This document shows positions 37,601 to 49,800 of a stretch of 64,000 nt of DNA, piece after piece. The DNA is from Lingula anatina (taxonomy: Eukaryota; Animalia; Brachiopoda). Below the pieces are notes generated by a model. That model had not been told where the DNA came from. It saw only the letters and a list, made by a program, of their open reading frames with translations, and made no database searches. The position numbers were made by a program, and so were the translations under genes. Position 1 is the first letter of the stretch; the number at the start of each line of letters is the position of its first letter. The DNA lies in NCBI GenBank assembly GCA_051362555.1, contig CM120643.1:25176848-25240847 (forward strand). Direction: 5' to 3'.

Positions 37601-40065
37601 AAAGTTTTCCCCATGTCTGAAATGATCCAACTATTTCAGAGTGACCTTGCCTTCCTGGCCAAATGCTGGAAGCTGTCAGGTCGGCCTACCTTCTGTATGC
37701 TGATCAGAGAGGAGAACATTCGCGGCCCCAGCACTAAGGAGTTCCTGGACCTGCTGGCTGAGTTTAAAGGTGGCCAGGTCGGAGATATCAGAGTGAGGCT
37801 AGGGAGATTACAGGTAAATCTTTAGTGTATGGAGTATGGAAAAATGTTGTCCATCTCTCTCTCTCTTTCTCTGTCTATTTATTTGTCTTTCTGTCTTTAT
37901 CTGTCATGAGAAAAACTAATTGAAAATTGAAAATAAAGAAAAGAAGGCAATGACCATGCTGCTTCTTAGAAAAATCAGACTTATCAGGATTATTTCTAGT
38001 CTTCGCTAAAACCAATTTTCAACTGGAGTTCTTTAGAAGTATAGTTTCTGTTAACTCTTAGATGTTTTCCTACAATTTTCAACCTAAAGTCAAGCTGTTG
38101 TCTATTGAACCTGTGTATTGAACGTATGTATTACATGCTGCTGATTGCCCCATGGTGATGGCTTATTCTAGAGTCTTATCCCAGCTGCTTGTATAGAGAA
38201 TCTGGACTTCCTCCAGTCTTTGATAGAGGACTCTGAGTGCACCTTCCGCCATGTTGAAGAACTCAAGCTGGGCTCCTCATTCAAGAGTTTGACTGAAATT
38301 CCGAAGGTTGTGCCAGAAGAAGACATAGCCATCAACATAGAGGTACATATTGCATGGTTTGAAGTTTTTCTGGTTAATTATATCGTCCTGTATAGCCTGG
38401 GAACAAGATGCTTGTGTTTATATATTTATTACATTATCGTGTATTTTCTTCTAGGAACTAAAGCAGCTCTCTTCACGTGATATAGTCCAAAAACTACATG
38501 GCTTCGACAATATGCATGCTCAGTCTCAGATCTTGGGTGTCCTACTAGAGAGAGAGGGGATGGAGTACCGTATCGATGACTCCACTATTGAACAGAGACT
38601 GGAGCGGCTACTTCGAAATTCTGGGAGAAAGAAGAACTGGGCGGTGGTCAGATATTGTGCAGCTTTGTTGGGAAAACTGGTGGACAGTCTTGCCCCTTCT
38701 ATCACAGCTATACTGGTCAGGGGGAAACAGGTGAGTGAGGTGTGACAGGAAGTGTGTTAGGTGTGACAGGAAGTGTGTTAGTTGTCACAGGAAGTCAGTT
38801 AGATGTGACAGGAAGTGTGTTATGTGTGACAATGAGTGGAAAAGGAAGCACAAATTGAGGTGGTTATGACAGTGATACCATAATTTGTAGCCTTGCTAGT
38901 GAAAGTGGAAGACTTTACCACTCTATCGTAGTTATTTTTGTTTGGACTGCTAGTACTGAGTTAGCTAAAAATTTGAGTCTTGTGTTGTTGAGTCACAGGT
39001 GTTCAAGGTGTGGCAGTGAGGGTGTTAACTATGACAGTATGTTAGGTGTGGCAGTGAGTGTGTAAGGTGTAGCAATGAGTGTGACAGAGAATGTGTTAGG
39101 TGTGACAGTCTACACTATTACCATGATTGTGTTCCAGGTGACTATTGGAGTATTTGGCCATGAGGAGGATGTGATAGGCAAGCCCATGGCTCCCAACCAA
39201 ATCAAAGACATCATCTACAGCAAGTGTATGCCCTATTCCATCAGCCAGGCAGTCCTACAGCAGGAGATTATACTGTGTATTGGGAAGTTCATCTCAACTT
39301 TTCCAGAACTCTTCAGTGGGATACTAAAGATAAGGATCGGGTAAGTGGCAGTGCAGAATGAATGCACATGCATGGCATCATGATAATCTCTCCCTCTCTC
39401 TCTCTCTCTCAAACACACATGCACAATCATGTCCATTCAGTTACATGGATGTGTTTTATAATGTATTGTGCCTAGATCTGTCTCAAAAAGCAAAACATTG
39501 TTACAATCATAACACTTCCACACCTATCACCCCCCCCCCCTTTCAAATCACACCTACCCCCCCCCCCCCCCCCCCTTCAAATCACATTTAACACACTGGA
39601 CTGTTTCTTCCAGATGGATGATAGAGGCTATGCGTCTAGAGATTGCCAACTTGGAGGGAACAGAGCTCTCCCTCATGGCTCTGTCTCCCAGTGAGATTAA
39701 GGAAGTCTTGTTAACAGTGCTGGGGAAATATGACAGGAGTATCCCTAAAAGGTAAACTTACTGGCTAGTGTGGAAGGTGTTTGTATGCCATAGTGAAAAA
39801 GCATTATTCAGTTATTTATGATTTTGCTTTCATGTAGATGGATCTGAAAATGAATTTAAATTACAGAGATATTTATGAGTTTTATTAAATTTATCATTTT
39901 TGTTTAACTTCCATTTTTGAAGCCCAGTTCAACTTTTTATTGCCTTAACAGAGAGTCACTGGAAACAGGTTTGGTGATGGTGGAGGTTGGCTCCAGATGA
40001 CTGAAAAAAATTGCCAGGAGAATTCAAGGCATTAGAAAGTTGACTGAACATATAGATTACATCTT

Positions 40066-40139
<74 letters not shown>

Positions 40140-42036
40140 TGTTCCAGCGACCATAAACTTAAATAATGAACTATTTTCCAGAGCTCCCCTTCACAAGCGG
40201 CAGCTGGATGGTGCTCTGGGCAGAGTCCCTATTGATTTTTATGACAGGGTGTGGGAGATCTTGGAGAAAACACCAGGGGGGATCAAGGTAGCTGGGTACC
40301 TGCTCCCCCAGGTGGGTTAACCCAGTGGTCACAATTAAATATGTTCTAGAGCCATGTGGGCCTATTCAGTCTTTTTAGCCAACTTAACTGTGAAGTTGTC
40401 ACTTCCATCATGCTATGCCAGAGCTTTGACAGACCTTAGTTTTTTTGTTTGTTTGTTTGTTTGTTTGGTTGGTTGGTTGGGGGGGGGATAACACCAGTCA
40501 TTCAGGAAAAAAAGTTCAGAATACTGTCTAAACATATGTACTAGTCTGAACATTTTAAATGATCATGAATTAAGTGGACATCTTTGTCACTAAGGTCTAG
40601 TAAATAGACGGACAGCTTGACTGACTTTCAGCTTGACTGACTTTCAGGTTGATTATGCAGTAGAAATGAGTTTAAACATGTGAATAATTGTGAGTTGTTG
40701 TAAACAATGAAATTTGCTGTTGGGAAACGGAACTTACATGAACTTTATCACGCCAGTGTAAAATGCTCTTTGTTATTCTTTGGCTTAAGGACTGACAGTT
40801 TTGTCATGCCTGCATTGACTAAGTGCAAAGTGAAATACATGAGCTTCTCTTTGTTTTCAGCAACCCACATTATCAGACATGACAATGTACGAGATGAACT
40901 TCTCCCTGCTTGTTGAACAGATGCTCAGTAAAATTCTGGATCCAGCTTACAGATCTGTGATCGTGGAGGTGAGACTTGCATGCACGTGCATTCTTCTCTA
41001 ATTAATGGATAAGATAAGTACTGAAGTCTCACAATGTTTTCAAACAGTTCACAAAGCCAGTGTTATTTAGGATTTGATGTTTTCTGGAGAATATTTTTAG
41101 GAACTATTTACTCGCCAATATCATATTATTTCAAAAATTGTAAATGCTTCAGTTTTAATTATTTACTATTGTTCATAAAGTGAATCTACTATTTCTTCTT
41201 TTAGACACTTACGGTTGTGTCCACAATCTTGAGAAGAAATCCTGAGATAGAGTTTCCTGCAGCAGTAGAACTGGACAGGGTCAGTTGTACTTTATGAACT
41301 TGTACACCTAATATGTCACACCCAACACAGGCAGACAAACACTCTTCACATCTAACATCCAACACAGTGATGTCTAACATCCAACACTCGTCACATCTAA
41401 CATCCAACACAGTGACATCTAACATCCAACACAGCACAGTCAAACCTGACAGCCATACTGACAGTCGTCACATCTAACTGTCATATTCATCACAGTGACA
41501 CTTCAAACAGTCATGTAACACAGTGAAACCAGCACAGCCATACTGAGAAGCCACACCCACTTTCTTCCTACCATTCCACCCTCTTCATGAACTGGATACC
41601 ATTTTACACACAACTTTATTAGTGTATCTAACAGAACAGGATTAATTCTGTACCAGCGCATCTAAAAGCGTCTTTTCCAGTAAAACAAACTTTTGTCACT
41701 AGATCATCAGGCCAGAAAGTAAAGATTTACCCGGTCTTGCCTGGTTTCTTGAACACTGTCATCCTTGACATGCAATAACAATGTACATTTGACTTTAACA
41801 AAATATTATTTATATTTCAGATTGTACACGAAGCTTTTGAGATGTTCAAGCGTGAGCTGGTTGTTCACGAGAGCAAAGAGAAAGAGGACACTACAAAGGA
41901 CAATATGTTTGTCTTTTATAACACGCCCCCCAATGCAAGGCGTGGAACCATGTGCTACATTGTTAAAGCTGTATTGAACACCTTACTGCAGGGTGCCATA
42001 CACACCAAAGAGGATGATAATTGCTGTGTCTCCTGA
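25695..42036 (+). CDS. PHKB: Phosphorylase kinase regulatory subunit beta; exons 25695-25911, 26507-26645, 26793-26892, 27245-27352, 27627-27686, 28135-28271, 28842-29001, 29307-29504, 29824-29881, 30140-30216, 30565-30720, [31182-31279 or 31958-32055], 36903-37133, 37355-37459, 37640-37813, 38172-38342, 38455-38730, 39138-39340, 39614-39751, 40182-40311, 40861-40968, 41205-41279, 41821-42036
   Basis: Beta-subunit motifs [104 protein letters not shown]; C-terminal CaaX box CCVS. The start codon may instead be 25845. Confidence 0.93.
29979..30085. repeat. About 107-nt near-perfect palindrome in a PHKB intron
   Basis: tttgcagctaaatgactagatgttgacttctattgtttactaaaga pairs with tctttagtaaacaaaaaagtcaatgtctagtcttctagctgcaaa around a short loop. 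Confidence 0.85.
38738..38830 (+). repeat. About 20-bp minisatellite (ggtgtgacaggaagtgtgtta); related degenerate tracts at about 38995-39110 and, inverted, 41310-41530
   Basis: Tandem units directly visible in PHKB introns. Confidence 0.8.
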
Positions 42037-43821
42037 TTGGTTGCATTACAGTTGAAGAATGACATACGTGCAATTTGCTACCTCCGCCAAGGAGGCTATG
42101 TTTTTGCTTTTGTTGGTCAGAGCATAGCTTAACTGTAGACCTATAAAAGGTTTGAAGTATTTTTTAATAAAAAAAAATCAAGATAGATCAGCAATGAAAT
42201 ATCTTGGAATCAGATTTATTAATTAATCAATGAATCAAGCTGCCTTGGCGGAGGACTTTGGTATCTTAGTGCTTTTCTAGTTCAGTAGTTTGATTATTGT
42301 CAAGGAAGAACTGGTACATGAACCATTACAAGTACTGTTCTGGTATATTTTGAGATTACAGAATTGTTAAAACCTTCTCAAAAAGAAGTATTATTTGTTG
42401 AAGTGATATAAGGTGATTTTAGAATAGTTAAAACTTTTTCAAGAAGAAGGAATATATCTTTAAAATGATAAAAGATTATACCAAGGAAAGTTTTACCTTG
42501 TTTGTTTGCTCAATAAGTGGACAGTTTTAACCCAGTGAAGTACTGTTACACATATAGATGTTCTAAAATATTATCATATACCAGTGTGTATATAGGGATA
42601 GTAGCACTTGCATCATTTACTTGTTAAAACTCCACAGAGTTCAGAAGTTTCATGTTTAGGATTTATATCCAGTATTCCCCATTGTTAAGGTGCTGCAAAC
42701 TGTTGTAACATTTATCATTTGTATAAAATTCGCCTTTGTTTACAATATGCAACAATAAAACAACAAAACCACTTAAGGGTCAGTAAATCAAAACAAAATA
42801 CTTAAATGAAAATTGCAGTTTAACATATGAAATGAGATTTTATTTCACAACTAAAATGCTGGCATTGCACTTGGAATGGGCTTTGGCAAGAAGCATTTCA
42901 GATGAAACTTGATCAATATTATTCTCAGAATGCTATGGCTTATGTGCATTAAAGACAGCACTTTTAATAATTTCCCAAAAAACTTGGCATTATCAGACTC
43001 AAATAATTTAAAAATTCTACAAATTTCACATATTAGAACACAGCAAATGAGGTAATATTACATATTCATAGCTAGGTCATCTATGTGTATATACACAAAA
43101 AACACATAAACTGCATAAATTGGCATTTATCACATTCAACCAAGTAATAGATTGAAGCACAACTGGGACTGTTATATTATATTATATTGCGAGTCAGTCA
43201 CCTAGCTTAACATGAACATTAGCAAGTAAAATTTTACTAGTGACAACATATATTTATCACAAAGTTGACAAACACAAAATAATTAAGCTGTGCACATTCC
43301 CTTAAATTACATCAAGTTAACACTCTACAAGACGTGCACAATGTGAACAATGTAACACATGAAGTTGTCAAGTTTTGAGAGCAAAGTTTTCGTTTATGCT
43401 TAAATGTAACTTTTGATCATTTAGTCTCACTTCTTACTTTTAAAACACGATATTCTCCCCTGTTTCAGTTAAAAATGTGCCAATATGCATCAATCACAAA
43501 CTTCGACATGGGTTTCCAACGACCATATTTCAGTTTTAGTTAAATCTGAAAACATGGAAAAGCTATAAACCTCCAAAAGAGTGCACCTCAGTTGCATTGA
43601 ATCCCATTTTCTCCAGCAGTGTGCTCTCGGATTTCTTAAACCAATGGCACATTCATAAGCCCTTCATTCCCCTTCACCTTTTAATTAGTAAAATCCTTAC
43701 ACCCCTAATACTGTTCTGTATTTGAACTGTATCCATTTGATCTTGTGAATACTTCTATTCTTCTTGTTTTTCTTTAATCATCACGGTAATGCTTACACCT
43801 ATCCGTCCTCTGAGTTTTGAT

Positions 43822-46800
43822 TCAAAAATTTCTGTTATGCTCCTCTGGGTTAGAGGCTTCTGGGTCGGCCTCTCTGAGACCCTCGCTGACAGGACCCCTG
43901 CCCAGTAAGGATAGCATGGCCTTGGCCTCCGGGTCTACGTCCAGTATACTCTGCTTTTCCTGAAAATATGGGGCATTCTAATTACATTATGTAGTTATTA
44001 TAATTATATGTATGATAAATGTTGAACAGGTGAAGCCAGTGGTCAATCCAGTCCCAGATTTCATTGTAAAATGTGGGTAAAGTTCAAGGTCAAAACTGAC
44101 TGACACACAAGTATATGTGGATATAATATCTATACTGAGCGTGCACAGCTCTTGTCATTTAGAACATTAACAATCACGTGGTTTTTGGAAATTTGGATTT
44201 CTCGTCTCACTCATTGAAAACGGTATCCATTTGGATACCACAAAACCATAACACTTAGATATTGAACACTCACTTGATTTCTGGACTAAGAAAGTCATAC
44301 TTCACTCATAAAATATGTTATCAGGTGTTCTTACAAAATATCACTGAGTCAACAAAAACAATTGGCAGTCATCACATGTAATTTACCTGTGGGCCATCTT
44401 CACCCAGTTCCTCTCCAGGTTTCTTCCCCACGCCCCACACCTCCAGTAGATCAATCTCAAAGTCTTTCTTCATAGAAAGCTGTGGACTCTGATATGTTGT
44501 GCAGAGAGGTTTGGCATAACTGTATCCCTGACCATAATGGCAGTCCAACCAGAGTCCGAAGTGCTCCATCTGACCACCCATACCCTACAATAATAATAAT
44601 AATAATGATAATAATAATATCCCTGGCCATAATGGCAGTCCAACCACAGTCCAAAGTGCTCCATCTGACCACCCATACCCTACAATAATAAATAAATAAA
44701 TAAATAAATAAATCCATCGACAAAGAGTGACAATTTATTTCTTCTACACATGTAGCTGCAACCTTGACAGTAATTTTATATTTATGCTTGTTTCTTCTTG
44801 CTGGTGTTCATAGTTAGATCTTTTTTTGTTCCCTTACATTTCAACCTGAAAACAATATGCCTCCTTATGTATATAAAAAGGAGAAAAAGTGCTGCTCTCA
44901 ACATTACATAACTACTGCATGAACTTGACACAACTGACAAAATCAAGTTGATACCTAACACAACACAACCAAAGAACTAATCACAACCAACACAATCAAC
45001 GTCACAGCTAACACAATTTCACGTACTCACCAGACCATTTGGCATCGTCTGCTGGCTCTGGTTGAGATACATGTAGTGATCATTGTAACCACTGGCGTAA
45101 TAGATGGCATAATGGGGCAACAGGTGAAACAGGAAACATCTTGAGGTCCCTGAAGAGAGAGATTTTCATGAGAAAATGGATCTCAAAAATTATTCCAGAA
45201 TGCTATGGTACAATTTTCCTCAAATTTCGACAAAGTAGGGATATCTTTTTTCTTAGTGTCTGAGTGCAAGTTATACAATATCATTATCCGTTTAAGCAAG
45301 TTTTCCATTTCTTAAAAAAATTATTCTATCATAAACAATTAAAAGCATGCATCTGAAATTAATTTTATCAATGACTGATTATCAATACTGCAACAATATC
45401 ACAACTGGTATTGGTACTCTCCCAATATGCAAACACCAGATTTTGCAATCCTGATTCCACTGGACTAGAAAAATCCCTAGCTTCTTCATGTGCTTACTGT
45501 AAAAACACATTTATTACTTAAACATCCCCTCTACCCACCTACAAACTGTGGTCTACACTCCCAGCCTGTTGATGCAAACCCTCCAAACACATAACCATCT
45601 TTGTCTCTGATAATAATCACAGTGGGCCCTTGCTTTGTTATCCTCTTCATTAGGGTTGCAAAACTTTCTCCATGAGTGTCGCTGTAGAAAAGTTGCCTCC
45701 ATTTTCCCCTGTGTTCTGCAGGGATTACGTGGTTGATGTACAGCAGAGATGGGATGTCTAGCATTGTGGAGGTCTTAGACCAGTTGACGTCGATGGCATA
45801 GGGTATTTTGGGAGAGTGGAAACTGGCAGCAGCACCCTCTTCTACCTGTCATAGTAAGAGGTTTAAACATGCCATTATAAAGAGATATGAAAACATTGAT
45901 GAAAATCTAATATGTGGCACACTCGAGTCTTTTCTTATTGCCATACCACAAGGGAGTTAAATTCTAGAAAAATTATTCCACTCAAAATTCATCTTATGCA
46001 TGATGCAGCGAACCCTAAGAAACATTTGTCACCTCACAAAAAATAAAGAGACTTTAAATTGGCAAAAAAAATTGTTCCTAAGGAGACTATAAATGTATTT
46101 CGTACCTATGAGCCATGAGGTTTTGACCCTTCATCAAATGGCTTCAATTATAGGTAGAAAACACATTCGTCTCTTCTACTAGAAACAAATTGCTTTTTTA
46201 CATCATTTCACAAGAGACAACAAAAAACCAATCACACAACCAATAAAATACATTCATTTTAATCTATGAAAATCTACTCACATAAGAGACAGTGAAGCAG
46301 GTGTACATGACGTGGTCCATAATGTGTAGGAACAGAGCTGCAGTGGACAACCAAGTCTCTATGTCACCCTCCGTATACGTCACTCCCTCAGGTACCAGAT
46401 CCATGGCAGAGCCCTCCACTTTCACTGAGAGAAAAGGGTTACGTGTCTTACTCTATAAAATATACCTATAATACATGTACCTATTGTGATTGTATTCAGC
46501 ATGTTTTGTTGTAAAGATATTCACACTCTGTTAATGCTTTTGTGATCGATAATGCACTGAAAACATCCATGACTGAAATAAAGTTATAAAAGGTCAAATA
46601 TGATGTATATACAGAATTGATGTTTCAGCTCAGTTGAAAACACCAAGATTAAGTCACAATTTTTTGATAAATTAATGCCAATTTCACATATTTAACAAAT
46701 GTTTAAGGCAACAGAATAGCATGAACTTACTACCCTTAAAAATTAATCTTTTTAAAAATCAAAACAAGTTTTTAAGTAAAAACATACAAATTAGCTATAT

Positions 46801-49800
46801 CAAAGTTAAAACACAAATTTAACTATATCAAATTACAATTTACACAGAAAAACAATACCAATGTTCATAGTGATTATTTTTGGAGATGTGAAAATGAAGA
46901 AGCTATCATGCATTAGATCAGAGGAACAGTGGTAATTTTTCTTTACATCTTAATTTTTTTTTTTTACAGTAGCAAGTGTCATGCATTAAAAAGTGGCTCT
47001 TATCTCACTTTGCTTTAGGCTGCAATGTCAAAGAGCCAGGATGAGCAGGAACCAGAAATGAAATCTTATGTATGTATAATATAATATCAAATCTACAAGC
47101 AGATGCGCTAAACTGCATACGGTTGAAATTTGAAATTTTTGCATCTCTTGATGATATTATAATGTTAGGTTGGCAAAAACTGGGATTCAAGCAATAAGGA
47201 TGATAATAATAACAAAAGCAACAACGACAACAACAATAATAATAATAATGATTATAATAAAAAATAACAACATAAAATGTCATTAAGCCATAAACACTGA
47301 TTATTACAACAAAAACAACAAGCTGTTAAATCTGAATGAGGGGTATGATTATAAAATGTTCAATCTTTAAAAGTTCAGTGCCCAGGGTTGCCAATATGAT
47401 CATTCAGTACATATAATTCTCAACATGCTACACTATTTGAGTGTCAGTTTACAAACAGCTGAAATACACCTGGAAACAAAAGACATCACTGACAAATGTG
47501 TACTGTAACACTTGGCAAATCTGAGTTCAACAGGCAGCAAATATAGTAAATACTCCATCTTTTCAATGGGGGTGGGACCCGTGGGGGTGGATTTTACAGA
47601 TACTGAATTTTAAGTAATGATTTCTTAAAATAAGAACATTCCTATGGAGTGGTAGCAACAGAATAGAGAATAATGAGCATACTGTAGTTTTCATTCAAAG
47701 GTAATTGCTTACTAAGAGTACTTAGTCAGATGTTAGATGTAGCCAAAGGCTATGTTGCATCAGTACTTACCTGGAGAACATGTCATTCTCTATATGCACA
47801 CTGTGTAGGCCTATATAGTGAATCATTCAGACACTGGACTTCACCCTGATAGGAGGTGTGCAGGACTTTTTATACCTGAGGTGACTTTCATTTATTTACA
47901 TATATCAGTATTTCATGATCTAGTTCTTTATTGTGTATTTCATATTTTTCCATTTATTATATTACTGAGTTTACTAATAGTTTGTTTGTATGCATTTCAG
48001 CCTTCATTGTTTCCAGTTAATAAAGATTGGAAATCAAATAGTGTCCATCTTATCTATGAAGGCTCAGGTATGACCATAGTCTACCGGTAAACAGTCCATC
48101 CTACAGGCCAGCATGCCAGTTGTAAAGTGCCCATTCCCAGACTGCACTTATGAGACAGAAGATGTGGCAGATACCATTGTCAACACACTATTGACAATAC
48201 ATGCACAAAGCCATAATGCCACTTCCTCTCAGTCATCTACAAAGGTCAAAACTGACAAGATTCGTCGCCCCACAATATCTACAGCTGGTACTAGTGAAGA
48301 TTGGACTTACTTTCTGACAAGGTGGAAAGAATATACCATAGCAACCAAAATTACTGGCCAAGATCGTGTAATACAATTACTGGAATGCTGTGATGAAACT
48401 CTTAGGAAAAATATCACCCGCTCAGCTGGTGGAACTCTTACAAACAAAAGTGAAGAAGAGGTACTATCTGCTATCAAGAGACTGGCAGTACGTGAAGAAA
48501 ATCCCATGGTTGCCCGAGTCATTCTACATGAGATGCGGCAGGACAGAGAAGAACCAATTCGTCAGTTTGGGGCAAGAATCAAAGGTCAAGCTAGCATTTG
48601 TAAATTTACACTTAAATGCCCTAACTGTGAAACAGATGTAGATTACACAGATTGCATATTAAGGGACATTTTAAGTCGTGGCATAGCCGATAATGAAATC
48701 CAGCTAGACCTGCTTGGAAATATGAACCAGAACATGGACCTTGAAGATGTGTTCAGATTTATTGAATCTAAAGAATCTGGGAAACGTTCATCAGCGACAT
48801 TAAATGCTTCCGAAGGTGCCCATGCCACTAGCTCGTACAGACGCGCTCAAAGGTATGCAAAGTCTGATAAAACTGAGATATGCAGTTACTGTGGGGAAAA
48901 AGGCCATGGTATTAAAGCACCATTTCGCACACGTCAGAAAATGTGCCCAGCATACAACCATATCTGCAAACACTGTGAACGCAGTCACCACTTCGACCAC
49001 ATGTGTCGCAACAAGAACAAACCCAAGCTTGGTCCCCCATCTTCATCCAATACCAAAACACAGTCAGTAACTAATCATGGGGAATCTGCTTTTATGGAGC
49101 ATAGCAATGAGTCATTTTATACGCTATGTACAATAGGTGAATTGGACCACGACCGAGCTGCAAATGCCATTGCATTAGATCACCACCTATATAATCAGCT
49201 GAATGACAAGTGGATCAAAAGTAAATCAAGACCTCAACCATATATATCATTACAAGCCACTGTATCCTCTCAAGATTATTCTGATCTTGGCTTCAATGTA
49301 GACCTTCCAACTACATCTACGATGCTCAATGTAATGGCTGACACTGGATGTCAAAGCTGTCTTGCTGGTATTAAAGCAATCCAACCCCTTCAGTTAACTG
49401 AAAAGGATCTCATTCCAGTTAAAATGAAAATGCATGCAGCAAATAACAAAGGAATTAACATTCTGGGTGCTGTAATATTACGATTCTCGGGTGAAGACAA
49501 GCTTGGAAAACACCACACAACGAGACAGATCGTCTACATCACAGACAATTCAGACAGAATATTCCTCAGCAGAGAAGCATGCGTTGACCTCGGTCTCATT
49601 TCCATTGACTTCCCTCAAGTTGGAGATGCTTGTCAAACAGCCGGTGATACAAAAAGATATGAAACAAATGCCGATTGTGAATGCCCAAAACGCCAACCTC
49701 CGCCTTCACGTCCAACATCTATTCCTTATCCAGCAACAGAAGAAAACCGTCAGCGGCTTCAGCAATGGCTTATTGACTATTACAGATCCAGCTCTTTTAA

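Noticed and set aside
38738-38830. Regular short repeats superficially like a CRISPR array (also 41340-41430 and 61171-61258)
   Set aside because: Eukaryotic context, no unique spacers, no cas genes; these are minisatellites.
47009-47488. Two tiny minus-strand AG/GT-bounded segments (19 nt near 47470-47488, 11 nt at 47009-47019) that together would keep the MEAK7 frame
   Set aside because: Requires coupled inclusion of two non-symmetric microexons with mediocre splice signals; chance is an adequate explanation without RNA data.
48057-48075. Conventional tRNA primer-binding site, including priming by the tRNA-Gly in this window
   Set aside because: No TGG start and no complementarity by eye to the tRNA-Gly 3' end or to initiator Met tRNA; a full tRNA search is still needed.
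47818-48090. Hydrophobic 90-aa and 82-aa ORFs in the LTRs (possible env-like or membrane peptide)
   Set aside because: GTG start, and the hydrophobic stretch is simply the T-rich LTR intron; duplicated only because the LTR is.
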